The position numbers and the translations under genes were made by a program. The notes beneath the pieces are model-generated. The model made no database searches. It worked only from the letters and a program-made list of their open reading frames with translations, and was not told the origin of the DNA. From a candidate division WOR-3 bacterium (GTDB lineage Bacteria; Hydrothermota; Hydrothermia; LBFQ01), in the NCBI GenBank assembly GCA_027002825.1, contig JALWZG010000072.1:1-47665 (forward strand): 47,665 nt of DNA. Direction: 5' to 3'. This document shows positions 9,044 to 18,580 of the stretch, one piece after another (positions within the stretch are counted from its first letter, which is position 1; the number at the start of each line of letters is the position of its first letter).

Positions 9044-11826
9044 TCCCAACCGAACGATACGACCCATCTGCCCCTCCCGATCTCCCTGAAGTCCGTGGGC
9101 CAGGCGTAGTCAAGTCGCACGGGGAAATAACCCAAGGTGAACCTCAACCCCACACCGAAGTCCGCGCCCAGATCCCACAACCTCCCGTCCTTTATGGGTT
9201 GGAATTTCCTCAGGGGTATGTCCTCATCAAACCAGGCGTTTCCCACGTCAAGGAAGAAGAGGGATCTCACACCCCTTATCTCAAAGGGTAAAAAGCCGAA
9301 CTTCAGTCTGTCCAGAAATGGAAACCTCAGCTCCGACGTGAAGAGGACGAGGTTGTTCCCTATAAGGGCGGTTATGAATTTTCCTTCCTCATCGTATCCG
9401 AAGTAGTACAGGTCGTACGCCCGCAAGCCGTAAGGTCCGCCCGCAGGAAAGGCCTGTTTGTGGTGGCCGACGCTTCTCGCCAAGACCAGCCTGTTGGCCC
9501 AAACACTCCTGAAGGTTACCCTCTTGAAGAACATCGCCTCAAGCAGGACTGTTTTGAAGTCCACCTGTGAGAAGGGCAGGCTCGTGGACGTTATCAGTCT
9601 CCACCTCAGGCCATCCGTCGATCCGAACACGGTCAACAGGACGTCGTCGTACACGAGGCTGCCGGTTATGTCATATCCCTTGGGATAAACGAAGGACGGG
9701 TAAACGCACAGGAGGGTACCTCCGCAGTAGGGGTAGTAGTAGTTGAGGGAATCCTGATGGAACCTTATCCACGTGTTGTAATGGGCGGAGAAATACGCCT
9801 CCCCCCTGAAATACCTGTTGAAGGGGTACTGCATACCCGCCACGCCGGACAACCTTTTCTCAAACACGAAGTAAGGCTTCAGGTACTTGAAATCCCACAG
9901 CTGGGATATACCGAACACCTTGTCTATGCGCCCCTTAAAGTTGTACCACGCGAGCACGAACTCGGAGTTTTCTATGTTTTGGGATTGCCCCAAAATCTGA
10001 AAGAATATCCAGTTATCTCCGGGGATGTCGGAGAAGAGCATGTAAAACGCCCCAACCGTCCCGTAAAAGCTGGAGTACCCCAAGCTCCCCATGGCGAAGT
10101 CTAGACCGAGAGTGAAACCAAGGGGTCGGCGGACGGCCTCCGCCGTCAGGTTGCTGTCCGGGAGTTCATAACCCTCCTCCCCTTCAAGGAAGACCAAGCC
10201 CTTGGGTGTCATGGGATAGGGTGATAGGAAGACGTCCCATCCACCCTCCCACATCATGGAGAAGACCAACCTTTCCCCCTTGGCCACATCGGGGTGGGAT
10301 ATCTCCGTAAAGTAATCGCTCAACATGTAAACGCTGTCCCCCCTCAGGAGGAAGAGGTTCACGGCGCCCATGTGATCCGTCAGGAAGGCTATGTCCTCTC
10401 CCCACCGGATGGGGGATCTCAGGATCCTCCTGCTACCCCACACCTTTTCCACCTCTCCCGTCCTCAGGTCCATCTTGAAGATGGAGTAAGCCCCGATCCG
10501 ACCCCTCTCGTTTCTGTCGCTCACGAAGAGGAGGGTGTTGTCATCGTACCAGTAGGGATCATCCTCGCTCCACCCGTCGTCCGTTATGCGCACGAACGTG
10601 TCCCTCTCCATATCGTAAACGTATAGGTCAGTTATACCGTCCTTGTACCCCACAAACACCACCCTCCTGCCGTCAGGTGATACCCTTGCCCCATGGGCTC
10701 CGTCCAGAAACCCCAGCTCCACCTTCTTCACCCTCCTGAACCTCCTCAGGTCCCATACGTGGAGTATGTCGGAGTACGTCCCCTGGGACACGAGTATCAA
10801 CCTGTTGTCGGCCGTTATGTCAAGGGAGGGTTTCAGGACGTGCAGGTTCTCAAAATCGGGGGATCTGCCCGCCGTCAGGACCTTTCTGATCCTCCTCGTT
10901 CCGAGATCCACCACGTAAACCCCTATCCTTCCCCCCTTGTCCGATATGAAGGCTATCTTTGAGCCGTCCGGCGATATGGCGGTACCGAGGTTGAGGAAGG
11001 ATTTGTCCCTCCTCCTGCTCGTGATCTTCTTCACGTCATCGGGAAAGTTGAACGTTCCCATGGCCTTCAGGACCCGCTCCTTTATGTACATCGCGAACTC
11101 CTCATCTATTTCCGGGAGGTTCTTGTGGGTTATCCTCTCAAGGGCAACCCGGACGTTCCCGGATATGCCAAACCTTATGAAGTCCCTTACGGCTTCCTCA
11201 CCGTATACGTCCTTTACGTAGTTGAAAAAGGCCTCGCCGTATCTGTAGACGATGTACCCCCCGTAGTAATCCATCTCCTCCAAGGGGATCAGGTTTAGGT
11301 TCACCACCAGGTCCCTCATGTAGGCCTCTGTGCGCACACTCCAGCCCTGTGAGAGGAACTCCGCCATGCCTTCAACGAACCAAAGGGGTGGGGATGAGTA
11401 GAGGAGGGAGGAAAAACCGCGGGAGTAGGAGTACTGAAAGGCGTGGACGAGTTCATGCCTCAGTACATGTCTGAACTCCGCGTAAGAACCCGCGAAAGGC
11501 ACAACGATACGCCTCTTGAAACCCTCGGTGAACCCCCCCACACCTTCGGGCACAAGGTAGGGGGAGACGTTCGTCATCTGAAAGTCCTTGGGTGAGACGT
11601 ATATGAGAACCGGTATCTTCTCCCCCTCCCCCAGGGCGCCGGGGAAGTACTTCTCAAACTCCCTGTAAGCCTCCTCCAGAACACCCAAGGCGAAGAGGGC
11701 GAGCCTTTCACCACCCTGATAGTAGTAAACCTTGAAATGCCTCCCGTCCAGATAACCCCACCTCAGCTCCTTGTGGTCAACCTTGTTGTAGCCATAAGAC
11801 CACTGGGATACGAGGAGGAGAAGCAT
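9037..11826 (-). CDS. Omp85/BamA-family outer-membrane protein with N-terminal gluzincin-like peptidase and PD40/TolB-like propeller
   Basis: HELVH...WFVEGMAE; SPDGSKIAF and SPDGRRVVF repeats; GLRAY, ELRFP, FFLDVGNAW, GVGLRF, RLDYAWP; terminal GWDY. Confidence 0.85.
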   Translation of the reverse strand: MLLLLVSQWSYGYNKVDHKELRWGYLDGRHFKVYYYQGGERLALFALGVLEEAYREFEKYFPGALGEGEKIPVLIYVSPKDFQMTNVSPYLVPEGVGGFTEGFKRRIVVPFAGSYAEFRHVLRHELVHAFQYSYSRGFSSLLYSSPPLWFVEGMAEFLSQGWSVRTEAYMRDLVVNLNLIPLEEMDYYGGYIVYRYGEAFFNYVKDVYGEEAVRDFIRFGISGNVRVALERITHKNLPEIDEEFAMYIKERVLKAMGTFNFPDDVKKITSRRRDKSFLNLGTAISPDGSKIAFISDKGGRIGVYVVDLGTRRIRKVLTAGRSPDFENLHVLKPSLDITADNRLILVSQGTYSDILHVWDLRRFRRVKKVELGFLDGAHGARVSPDGRRVVFVGYKDGITDLYVYDMERDTFVRITDDGWSEDDPYWYDDNTLLFVSDRNERGRIGAYSIFKMDLRTGEVEKVWGSRRILRSPIRWGEDIAFLTDHMGAVNLFLLRGDSVYMLSDYFTEISHPDVAKGERLVFSMMWEGGWDVFLSPYPMTPKGLVFLEGEEGYELPDSNLTAEAVRRPLGFTLGLDFAMGSLGYSSFYGTVGAFYMLFSDIPGDNWIFFQILGQSQNIENSEFVLAWYNFKGRIDKVFGISQLWDFKYLKPYFVFEKRLSGVAGMQYPFNRYFRGEAYFSAHYNTWIRFHQDSLNYYYPYCGGTLLCVYPSFVYPKGYDITGSLVYDDVLLTVFGSTDGLRWRLITSTSLPFSQVDFKTVLLEAMFFKRVTFRSVWANRLVLARSVGHHKQAFPAGGPYGLRAYDLYYFGYDEEGKFITALIGNNLVLFTSELRFPFLDRLKFGFLPFEIRGVRSLFFLDVGNAWFDEDIPLRKFQPIKDGRLWDLGADFGVGLRFTLGYFPVRLDYAWPTDFREIGRGRWVVSFGWDY

Positions 11827-12455
11827 TAAAACCTCTTCTCCTTCTTGGCCTTAAGGCGTTTTAGGCGGAACTTGTCCTCCCTCTCCCTGTCCTCAAGGAC
11901 CTGCCTTATGAACTTCATCTCAGCCTGAAGCTGGGGTATGACCCTCTGCTCCAGTGTGTTTACCCGTCTTGATGTCTTCTTTATCTCCTGGCCCACCTTC
12001 TTCATCTTCGCCTCAAGGGGGACCAGATCAAAGATCTTGCTCAAGAGCCTCTCATAGGCCATCGCCGTAAGGTCAATACGGGCGCTCACACTCAGAAGGG
12101 TGTATCCCCTCTCAGAGCTCCTCCTGACCACGTTCCTTACCACAAGCTTGGGTATCCTAACACCCCACACCTTCTCCTCCTCCCTCTCAACCTCCAACCT
12201 CCCTCTGCTGGAGAGGGCGGCGGACCTGACGGCCTCCGGGCCGTCCTTTCCTAGGGCCAAAGCCAGGAACGAGACGGCCTCCCTCGCCGTTCTGTCAAGA
12301 TCCCTGTGAGCCTGGACAAGGGGCTTCAGCATCTTCTGGAACTCCTTCATAAGGGCGTCGCGCTTCTTCCTGAGCAGGTCAGCGCCCTGTTTGGCGATCT
12401 TAACCTGTCGTTTTCTTATCAGTAGGTTCATCCTCGTCGGGCTTACCCTCTGCAT
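11826..12455 (-). CDS. atpD: V/A-type ATP synthase subunit D
   Basis: PTRMNL, G..LL..KRDAL, EIKKTSRRVNTLE..VIP, EREDKFRLK. Confidence 0.95.
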   Translation of the reverse strand: MQRVSPTRMNLLIRKRQVKIAKQGADLLRKKRDALMKEFQKMLKPLVQAHRDLDRTAREAVSFLALALGKDGPEAVRSAALSSRGRLEVEREEEKVWGVRIPKLVVRNVVRRSSERGYTLLSVSARIDLTAMAYERLLSKIFDLVPLEAKMKKVGQEIKKTSRRVNTLEQRVIPQLQAEMKFIRQVLEDREREDKFRLKRLKAKKEKRF

Positions 12456-12461
12456 AGAGAA

Positions 12462-12498
12462 TATTCTAAACCCGACGGCAACCTTTCCACCTTAGAAT
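12462..12498. promoter_or_regulatory. Back-to-back promoters: TAGAAT (-, 12463-12468) for atpD and TAGAAT (+, 12493-12498) for the PCD gene
   Basis: Hexamers 7 and 8 nt before their start codons. The flanking 15-mers recur exactly at 29465-29479 and 39669-39683. Confidence 0.7.
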
Positions 12499-12506
12499 CC
12501 GAAACC

Positions 12507-12770
12507 GTGAAGGGGAAGCTGGAAAGGCTGAAAGCGATGGGTTGGAGGGTGGAGGGCGCATCCCTCGTAAAGGTGTTTGAGTTCCGGGACTTCACCGAGG
12601 CGTTTGCCTTCGTCTCAAGGGTAGCCCTGCTCTCCGAGAGGGAGGGACACCATCCCGACATATGCGTGTCCTACAACAGGGTCCGTCTCAGCCTTACCAC
12701 CCATGATGCGGGTGGGATGACGGAGAGGGATTTGGAAATGGCAGGGAAAATAGAGGAGGTGATACCATGA
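12507..12770 (+). CDS. Pterin-4-alpha-carbinolamine dehydratase
   Basis: F.DF.EAFAF...VA..E..GHHPDI...YN.V...LTTHD.GG.T..D. Confidence 0.93.
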   Translation: MKGKLERLKAMGWRVEGASLVKVFEFRDFTEAFAFVSRVALLSEREGHHPDICVSYNRVRLSLTTHDAGGMTERDLEMAGKIEEVIP

Positions 12771-13159
12771 AAAAGTACGATTTGGCCTTGCTTTTCTTGA
12801 GGGTCAGCATCTCAGCCATGATGCTTGTACACGGTATATCAAAGCTGAAAAACCCCCAATCCTACGTGAACTTCATAGAGGCGAACTTCGGCTTAAAGGC
12901 CCTGAGCATGCCCTTGGCCTTTGCATCCATAGCGGCGGAAACCGTCTTCCCCCTCTTCGTGATGTTGGGTATCCTCGTCAGGGTTTCCGCGTTCGTGTCC
13001 GCCGTGAACATGATGGTGGCCGTCGTGTGGTTCCACATACTGATAAAGGGAGACCCCTTCTTCTCCTGGGAAAAGGCGGCGCTTTACGCCATCGTCTTCC
13101 TCTACCTCACGGCCGTCGGAGGGGGAAGGTACAGCATACTCAAGGTGGCGCGTCCATGA
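12767..13159 (+). CDS. DoxX family membrane protein
   Basis: ALLFLRV...M..HG..K, AE, G...R, GGGRYS. Confidence 0.88.
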   Translation: MKKYDLALLFLRVSISAMMLVHGISKLKNPQSYVNFIEANFGLKALSMPLAFASIAAETVFPLFVMLGILVRVSAFVSAVNMMVAVVWFHILIKGDPFFSWEKAALYAIVFLYLTAVGGGRYSILKVARP

Positions 13160-13160
13160 G

Positions 13161-14111
13161 CTAGCGGCCGACCTTCACCCCCTTCAACACCTCCGAGAGG
13201 ACGTTCTTTACGCTAACGCCTTCGGCTTCCGCCCTGAAGTGCAATATAACGCGGTGTTTCAAGACCTCGTAGAAGAGGTCCCTGACCTCTTCCGTCGTGG
13301 GTACGGCCTTGTCCCTGAGGTAGGCCAAGGACCTCGCCGCCCATACCAGGAACTGGGAGGCCCTGGGACCTGCGCCGTACCTGACGTACTCCCTGACGAT
13401 AGGGGGGGCCAAAGCGTCGGACGGCCGGGTGCTGCGCACCAGCTTGACGGCGTACTCCACAACGTGATCCGGAACGGGGAGGTTTGAGGCCTCCTCCTGC
13501 ATTCTCAGTATGTCCTCCCTCCCCATGACCACGGACAGGTTCTCAAGGGCGGAGAAACCCTCCAAAAGGGCTATCTTCACCTCGTCTTCATAGGAGGGAT
13601 AGGTGAGGTCTATTTCAAGGAGAAACCTGTCGAGTTGGGCCTCGGGCAGGGGATACGTCCCCTCCTGCTCTATGGGGTTTTGGGTTGCCAGGACGAAAAA
13701 GGGCTTGGGAACACCGTACGTCTTTCCACCGTAGGAAACCTTTCTCTCCTGCATCACCTCAAGAAGGGCGGCCTGTGTCTTGGGTGGCGCCCTGTTTATC
13801 TCATCGGCCAAAACGACGTTGGCAAATACGGGTCCCTTTACAAACGTGAACCCATCCCCACGGAAGATCTCCGTTCCCGTTATATCCGAGGGCATGAGGT
13901 CGGGTGTGAACTGTATCCTGCTGAAGGACAGGTCAAGGGCCCTGGCCAAAGCCCTAACCACCAGGGTCTTGGCCAAACCCGGCACCCCGACCAACAGGAC
14001 GTGGCCGTTGGTGGTCAGGGCCACGAGGAGCCTCTCCACCACACCCTCAAACCCCACAACGACCTTGGAGAGCTCCCTCTGGAGATCCCTTAGCTCAGCC
14101 CTCAACTCCAC
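13161..14111 (-). CDS. moxR: MoxR-family AAA+ ATPase
   Basis: HVLLVGVPGLAKT, RIQFTPDLMPSDITG, LADEINRAPPKTQAALLE, ATQNPIEQEGTYPLPEAQLDRF. Confidence 0.95.
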   Translation of the reverse strand: MELRAELRDLQRELSKVVVGFEGVVERLLVALTTNGHVLLVGVPGLAKTLVVRALARALDLSFSRIQFTPDLMPSDITGTEIFRGDGFTFVKGPVFANVVLADEINRAPPKTQAALLEVMQERKVSYGGKTYGVPKPFFVLATQNPIEQEGTYPLPEAQLDRFLLEIDLTYPSYEDEVKIALLEGFSALENLSVVMGREDILRMQEEASNLPVPDHVVEYAVKLVRSTRPSDALAPPIVREYVRYGAGPRASQFLVWAARSLAYLRDKAVPTTEEVRDLFYEVLKHRVILHFRAEAEGVSVKNVLSEVLKGVKVGR

Positions 14112-14730
14112 CCACCTCTTTTCGGAACTCCTCTAAGAGCATCTGATAGGCCCTCTCCAGTCTGACCATCAGGTCGTTGTTCAGGATGAAGTTCCTCTCC
14201 GCGTCCCGGATCACAACCCCTGCCCACACCCTCTCGTCCCCGACCACCTCCCACTCCTCCACGTTTACGTTCCACATTCCGGGGGCCTTTGGCGGCTTCA
14301 TAACCCACTCCTGGGGGAGCTCCGCGAGTATGTCTCTCACCAGTTCCACATCCCTGGGGTTAACGTATATGGTGGCCCTTCCGGTGATGTGGTTCAGGGT
14401 TTCCTCTATGAGTCTCTTGAGCAGATCGGCGTACCTCTCCCTGTTTTCCACGACCTCCTTTAGGGATTTCACGGCCTCCTCCCTGGCCTCGTTGAGCAGG
14501 GACATCTGTGTGCCTAAAACCCTTTCCTTTGCCTGTGTGTAGTAGCGGGAGAGGTGGGAGTGAAGGCTCTGGGTGTAGGCGTTGCGGGCGACGGGCCGAT
14601 ACTCGGAAAGCACCTCCGCCGCCTCAACCTCCGCCCTCCTGAGTATGCGGGAGGCCCGCTCCTCCGCCTCCCTCAGTATCTCCGCCGCCCGGTTGCGGAC
14701 CTCCCTCTCTACGAGTGCTTTCAGCTCCAC
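14095..14730 (-). CDS. atpE: V/A-type ATP synthase subunit E
   Basis: N-terminal charged coiled coil, VNPRD, GVVI....NN.L..RL; follows subunits I and K. Confidence 0.8.
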   Translation of the reverse strand: MELKALVEREVRNRAAEILREAEERASRILRRAEVEAAEVLSEYRPVARNAYTQSLHSHLSRYYTQAKERVLGTQMSLLNEAREEAVKSLKEVVENRERYADLLKRLIEETLNHITGRATIYVNPRDVELVRDILAELPQEWVMKPPKAPGMWNVNVEEWEVVGDERVWAGVVIRDAERNFILNNDLMVRLERAYQMLLEEFRKEVGGVEG

Positions 14731-14732
14731 GT

Positions 14733-15032
14733 TTAGAAAATGAGGATCAGGAAGGCTATGACGAAGCCGAGTATCACGATCGTCTCCGGGAGGGCGAGGA
14801 GTATGAGGATGGGAACCTGGAGGGTTTTGTCCTCGGCCAAAGCACCGGCACCCGCGGAACCGATCTTGGCCTGGGCGTATCCCGTGGCAAGAGCCGACAG
14901 ACCCATGGCGAGTCCGGAGCCTATGTACACAGCCCAGCTTTTGCCAGCGCCGGCCTCCGCCGCCATTAGAAAGCCGAAGCTAACCATTAACATAAAGGTT
15001 ATGCCGAAGAAGGTTGCAAGTATCCTTCTCAT
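14733..15032 (-). CDS. atpK: V/A-type ATP synthase proteolipid subunit K (c)
   Basis: ATGYAQAKIGSAG.GA.AED...LPETIVILG with the ion-binding Glu; N-terminal hydrophobic presequence. Confidence 0.93.
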   Translation of the reverse strand: MRRILATFFGITFMLMVSFGFLMAAEAGAGKSWAVYIGSGLAMGLSALATGYAQAKIGSAGAGALAEDKTLQVPILILLALPETIVILGFVIAFLILIF

Positions 15033-16876
15033 GCTTCACCTCCTTTTCTTATCGGTTTGAAAATCCTGCTCGCCGGCAGGAAAAACTTCGTAAAGGATTC
15101 AACGAACTGCAAACGCACACCCTGAATGGTCGGATCCACTATCCCAAGCGTAAAGGCCAAGAGGTGGAAAGCCACCACCACGGTTATGGCGAAGAGGGGT
15201 ATGGGGATTATGTGGGCGAAGTGGTTGGCTATCTCCGCCAGAATGGCGGAGGCCAGACCCACCGCGGCCAGACGGGCGTAGGAGAGGACGTTTCCAAAGG
15301 CCGAGAAGATCTCTATCAGGCCGATCAAACCCTTTATGATCCCCCCCGTCATCCACTCCGCTACGAACACCAACAGCACTCCGATAACGGCGAACAGACC
15401 ACCGGTGATAGCGAGAGGTCCGGAGAGGTGTGAGACCCCTTCAAGCCAGGGCCTCTCTATACCCATGAAGGAGAGACCGAGCGGTAGGAGGAACAGTATC
15501 CCGAGGACGGCGAAGAACCTGCCCAACTCAAAAAGGGAGTGTTCAAGGTGTTTCAAAACCCAGTTGTTCCAGACACCTATGAGCATGCTGATGAGGATCT
15601 GGAAGAAGCCGAAACCTATGGCTATGAGGAGGAGGTCCATCCCGTGATGGGTCCTGTGGAACAGGGGTTCTATGAGTCCCACCTTTATACCCCAGTCCCC
15701 GAATATCTCGCCGAACAGGAGTCCGAAGAAGAGGGCCATTGCCGAGTTTATGAAGTAGACCATGGAGATGTTGTGGGCCGCCGATCCCGGCCGGGTTATG
15801 CGGGCGAGTGTCCAGAACAGGAACATACCCACCAAACCGTACCCGGCATCCCCGAGCATGAACCCGTAGTATATGGGGAAGAAGACGGCTATGATAATGG
15901 TGGGGTCAAACGTCCCGTAGACGGGGGGAACGTAAATGTCAAGCAGACTCTGAAACCACGAAAGGGGAGGGGAGTTCTTAAGGGCTACGGGAACGTTCTC
16001 GTACTCCTCTTCACTTGGACTCCCGTGGCGCACCACGGCGTTTGGATCCACCTTTCTGAGGCTCTCCTTGAACTCCTGCAACCTCTCCCTCGGTATCCAC
16101 CCCTTCAGGAACACCAGAAACCCACTGGTCGCAAGGTTTTTCTCCTTGAGCCTGAACAGGTCAAAGATGTACCTCGCCAGGAACTTCTGAGCGCCCAAGA
16201 ACCTCTCGTACCTATCCCTCAGCTGGGAGAGCGTCTCCCTTAACCCCTCCAACCTCCTCGGAATTCTCACGGAGACGGCCTCCCTGACCTCGGATAGATT
16301 TGAATATCCCTTCGGCGGTTTCACCAGGATAAACCCCTCACCCTCAAGCGTGGACTCCAAACGCTCCCTTTCACCCTCCGGAACTTCAACCGTTATCACG
16401 AACTTCTCCCCGACTATCCTCTCCGAGTAGGAGTACCCCTCCCTCTGGAGTATTCTGCTCAGGAGGGCCTTCGCACCCAGCTCGTTCCTGTTCAAGACCA
16501 CCCCTACCTCTCCACCCTTCAGCACCTCGCTCAGCTCCAGATAATCGCGCAACCTCTTCATCTCCTCTTCAAGGGACGTTATCTCCCTTTGCACCTGCAG
16601 GATTTCGTTCCTAACCCTGAGGACACCCTCGTGATCCATCTCACCCTCAGAGGGGAACTCCTTAATCTCCCCCACATAGGATTCAACCTCCCCTATGAGG
16701 CCCAGGATCCTCCTCGCCTTTCTCCTCTCCTCCTCTTCCTCCTCCGTCAGATCGAACCTATGCTCGCCCGTGTACTCCTCGGGGTGCAGGAAACCCCATT
16801 CCATAAGCGTGTCCAACAGGTGCCTCCACTTCCTCTTTGGCACGGCCACTTCCACCTTCAGCATCGGAACGTGCAT
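15029..16876 (-). CDS. atpI: V/A-type ATP synthase subunit I (a)
   Basis: GWIP, VPVALKN, DPT, FP..YG.MLGDAGYG, GEIFG, NVLSYARL.A.GL, RLQFVE.FTKF. Confidence 0.95.
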   Translation of the reverse strand: MHVPMLKVEVAVPKRKWRHLLDTLMEWGFLHPEEYTGEHRFDLTEEEEEERRKARRILGLIGEVESYVGEIKEFPSEGEMDHEGVLRVRNEILQVQREITSLEEEMKRLRDYLELSEVLKGGEVGVVLNRNELGAKALLSRILQREGYSYSERIVGEKFVITVEVPEGERERLESTLEGEGFILVKPPKGYSNLSEVREAVSVRIPRRLEGLRETLSQLRDRYERFLGAQKFLARYIFDLFRLKEKNLATSGFLVFLKGWIPRERLQEFKESLRKVDPNAVVRHGSPSEEEYENVPVALKNSPPLSWFQSLLDIYVPPVYGTFDPTIIIAVFFPIYYGFMLGDAGYGLVGMFLFWTLARITRPGSAAHNISMVYFINSAMALFFGLLFGEIFGDWGIKVGLIEPLFHRTHHGMDLLLIAIGFGFFQILISMLIGVWNNWVLKHLEHSLFELGRFFAVLGILFLLPLGLSFMGIERPWLEGVSHLSGPLAITGGLFAVIGVLLVFVAEWMTGGIIKGLIGLIEIFSAFGNVLSYARLAAVGLASAILAEIANHFAHIIPIPLFAITVVVAFHLLAFTLGIVDPTIQGVRLQFVESFTKFFLPASRIFKPIRKGGEA

Positions 16877-16885
16877 GAAGCGGGT

Positions 16886-16900
16886 ATTATACTGGGGAAA
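16886..16900 (-). promoter_or_regulatory. Promoter of atpI-K-E-moxR: TTTCCCCAG-TATAAT
   Basis: Identical 15-mer to the rpsO promoter; 9 nt before ATG 16876. Confidence 0.7.
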
Positions 16901-16912
16901 ACACGCGGCCGT

Positions 16913-18580
16913 TCACTTCACATAGGTCTGGACGTGATGCCCGTATATGTTCAGTTCCGCCACTAGCTCCCCGAAATCCTCAAAGCCCTTGGAGTTTTGG
17001 ATCTCCTGGGCGGAGACCACCGTGGTTATCCTCCTTCCTCCGTAATCCGAAGAGAACACCCTGTAGGGTTCCTCCTCGGACTTGACCGCTCCTTCTAGAA
17101 ACATCTCAACCGATGAGAAGGTGTGGGTGATGAGTGGTGAGAGCTCCTCCGCGCTCTTCAGTATCCTCCACTCGTCCTTTATAGAGTAGAAGATCGTGTG
17201 TATGATCTTCCGGGGGACGTGTTCCCCTACCATCTCGTAGAGTTTGGAGAGCTTCTCGTAGTTTGTCTTTCGCAGGGTCTCGTCAAAGTCCCTAACCTTT
17301 CCGTAAAGGCGTTCAATCGCCCTCTTTATCCTGTCATGCACCTGAAGGTGGTTTTCCGAGCTGAAGGTGATCCTCATGAGGTACGCACCCTCCAAAGATG
17401 CGGGTTTAACATCCACCGACGCGATGATACCCTCTCCCCTCAAGAGGTTTTTGACCTTCTCCCGCATCTCCCCCGGGGGTATTCCCATAGAGGGCCCAAC
17501 CACGGAGGTTTTGAAAATATCGCCTCCGACGTAAAGCGTGAGCAGTTGCGGTACACCCGATGTGCGGTACTCCCTGATCAGCCTTTCGTTCACCATCCTG
17601 CCTATTATCTCGTCGCCGGGGGCCACCGCGGGGGAGGGCTTCCTTCCGAGGAGTTTCTTTATCTGATCCGTGAGGAGGATGGCGGTTATCCTTGTGGGAC
17701 GTGCGATCTCCACCCTTACAACCGATATGCTTCCCGGCAGTATGAACTCCTTTCTGTAGGATTCAACTATCTCGTTCTCATGAAGGACCTGCAGGACCTT
17801 GCTCAGGTCCACGTGTTCGGATCTACCGACAACGGTGAAACCTCCCATCTCCACGTCCCGCTTTTCCTCAGGTCCCACCTTGAACTCGTGGTAATACACG
17901 TATATCTTTCCTGGGTTTTTCAAAGCCTTCTCGGACAACCTGACCTGGTTGATCACTATGTCGGCCAGGGTTTTGCTGTCCCTCTCGGAGAGGTAGGCTA
18001 TGGTGCGGGATCTTATGAACTTTATGAGTTCCCCGTCCTCCCCCAGTATCTTCTCCATCTCCTCGTCCGAGAGCTCACCCCTGCTGTGCCTCTCCTCTAT
18101 CTCCTTCACCACCCTCTGGAATATCTTGAGTTTGCCCTGCTCCTCCCCCAGAATAGTCCTTATCTCCAGACCGCCCTTTGCCACCACCCTAAGCAGGGAT
18201 ATCATCTCGTCCCTGTCCCTCATCAGCCTGTCCAGCTCCACTTCGTCTATGTCCGCTATCTTCATGATGACAACGGAGTGGGGGGTTTCGGGTACTTGTG
18301 TGCCGAAGACGAGGGAGAGGTTGTACCCCTTTTCGTGGATCACGGCCAGGGAGGCATCGGACAACCCCGGCCAATCCTTCGCGACCACTATAAAGTAGTA
18401 CTCACCGTTATCCTCAACAACCCTGGCCTGTGGGGCTCCTCTGTCCTCAAGGTCAAGGATCATATCATAGCACTCCCGAACTATCCGCTCGGAAAACCTG
18501 ACGCTCAGAACCTTAGGCAGGACGCCTTTCAGCTCCTCCCTCAGGGAAGGGTAAAGTTGAGCAGATCCTTTTGCAACCAT
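16913..18580 (-). CDS. Hypothetical protein with ACT-like domains
   Basis: Long ORF with normal codon use; FIVVAKDWPGLSD..LAVIHEKGYNL resembles an ACT fold. Start uncertain (ATG 18580 preferred over GTG 18646). Confidence 0.7.
   Translation of the reverse strand: MVAKGSAQLYPSLREELKGVLPKVLSVRFSERIVRECYDMILDLEDRGAPQARVVEDNGEYYFIVVAKDWPGLSDASLAVIHEKGYNLSLVFGTQVPETPHSVVIMKIADIDEVELDRLMRDRDEMISLLRVVAKGGLEIRTILGEEQGKLKIFQRVVKEIEERHSRGELSDEEMEKILGEDGELIKFIRSRTIAYLSERDSKTLADIVINQVRLSEKALKNPGKIYVYYHEFKVGPEEKRDVEMGGFTVVGRSEHVDLSKVLQVLHENEIVESYRKEFILPGSISVVRVEIARPTRITAILLTDQIKKLLGRKPSPAVAPGDEIIGRMVNERLIREYRTSGVPQLLTLYVGGDIFKTSVVGPSMGIPPGEMREKVKNLLRGEGIIASVDVKPASLEGAYLMRITFSSENHLQVHDRIKRAIERLYGKVRDFDETLRKTNYEKLSKLYEMVGEHVPRKIIHTIFYSIKDEWRILKSAEELSPLITHTFSSVEMFLEGAVKSEEEPYRVFSSDYGGRRITTVVSAQEIQNSKGFEDFGELVAELNIYGHHVQTYVK

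Noticed and set aside
14733-15032. Na+ specificity of the c subunit (Q...ET)
   Set aside because: The downstream Tyr of the full Na+ motif is absent and the similar Thermus subunit is H+-coupled, so the ion cannot be called.
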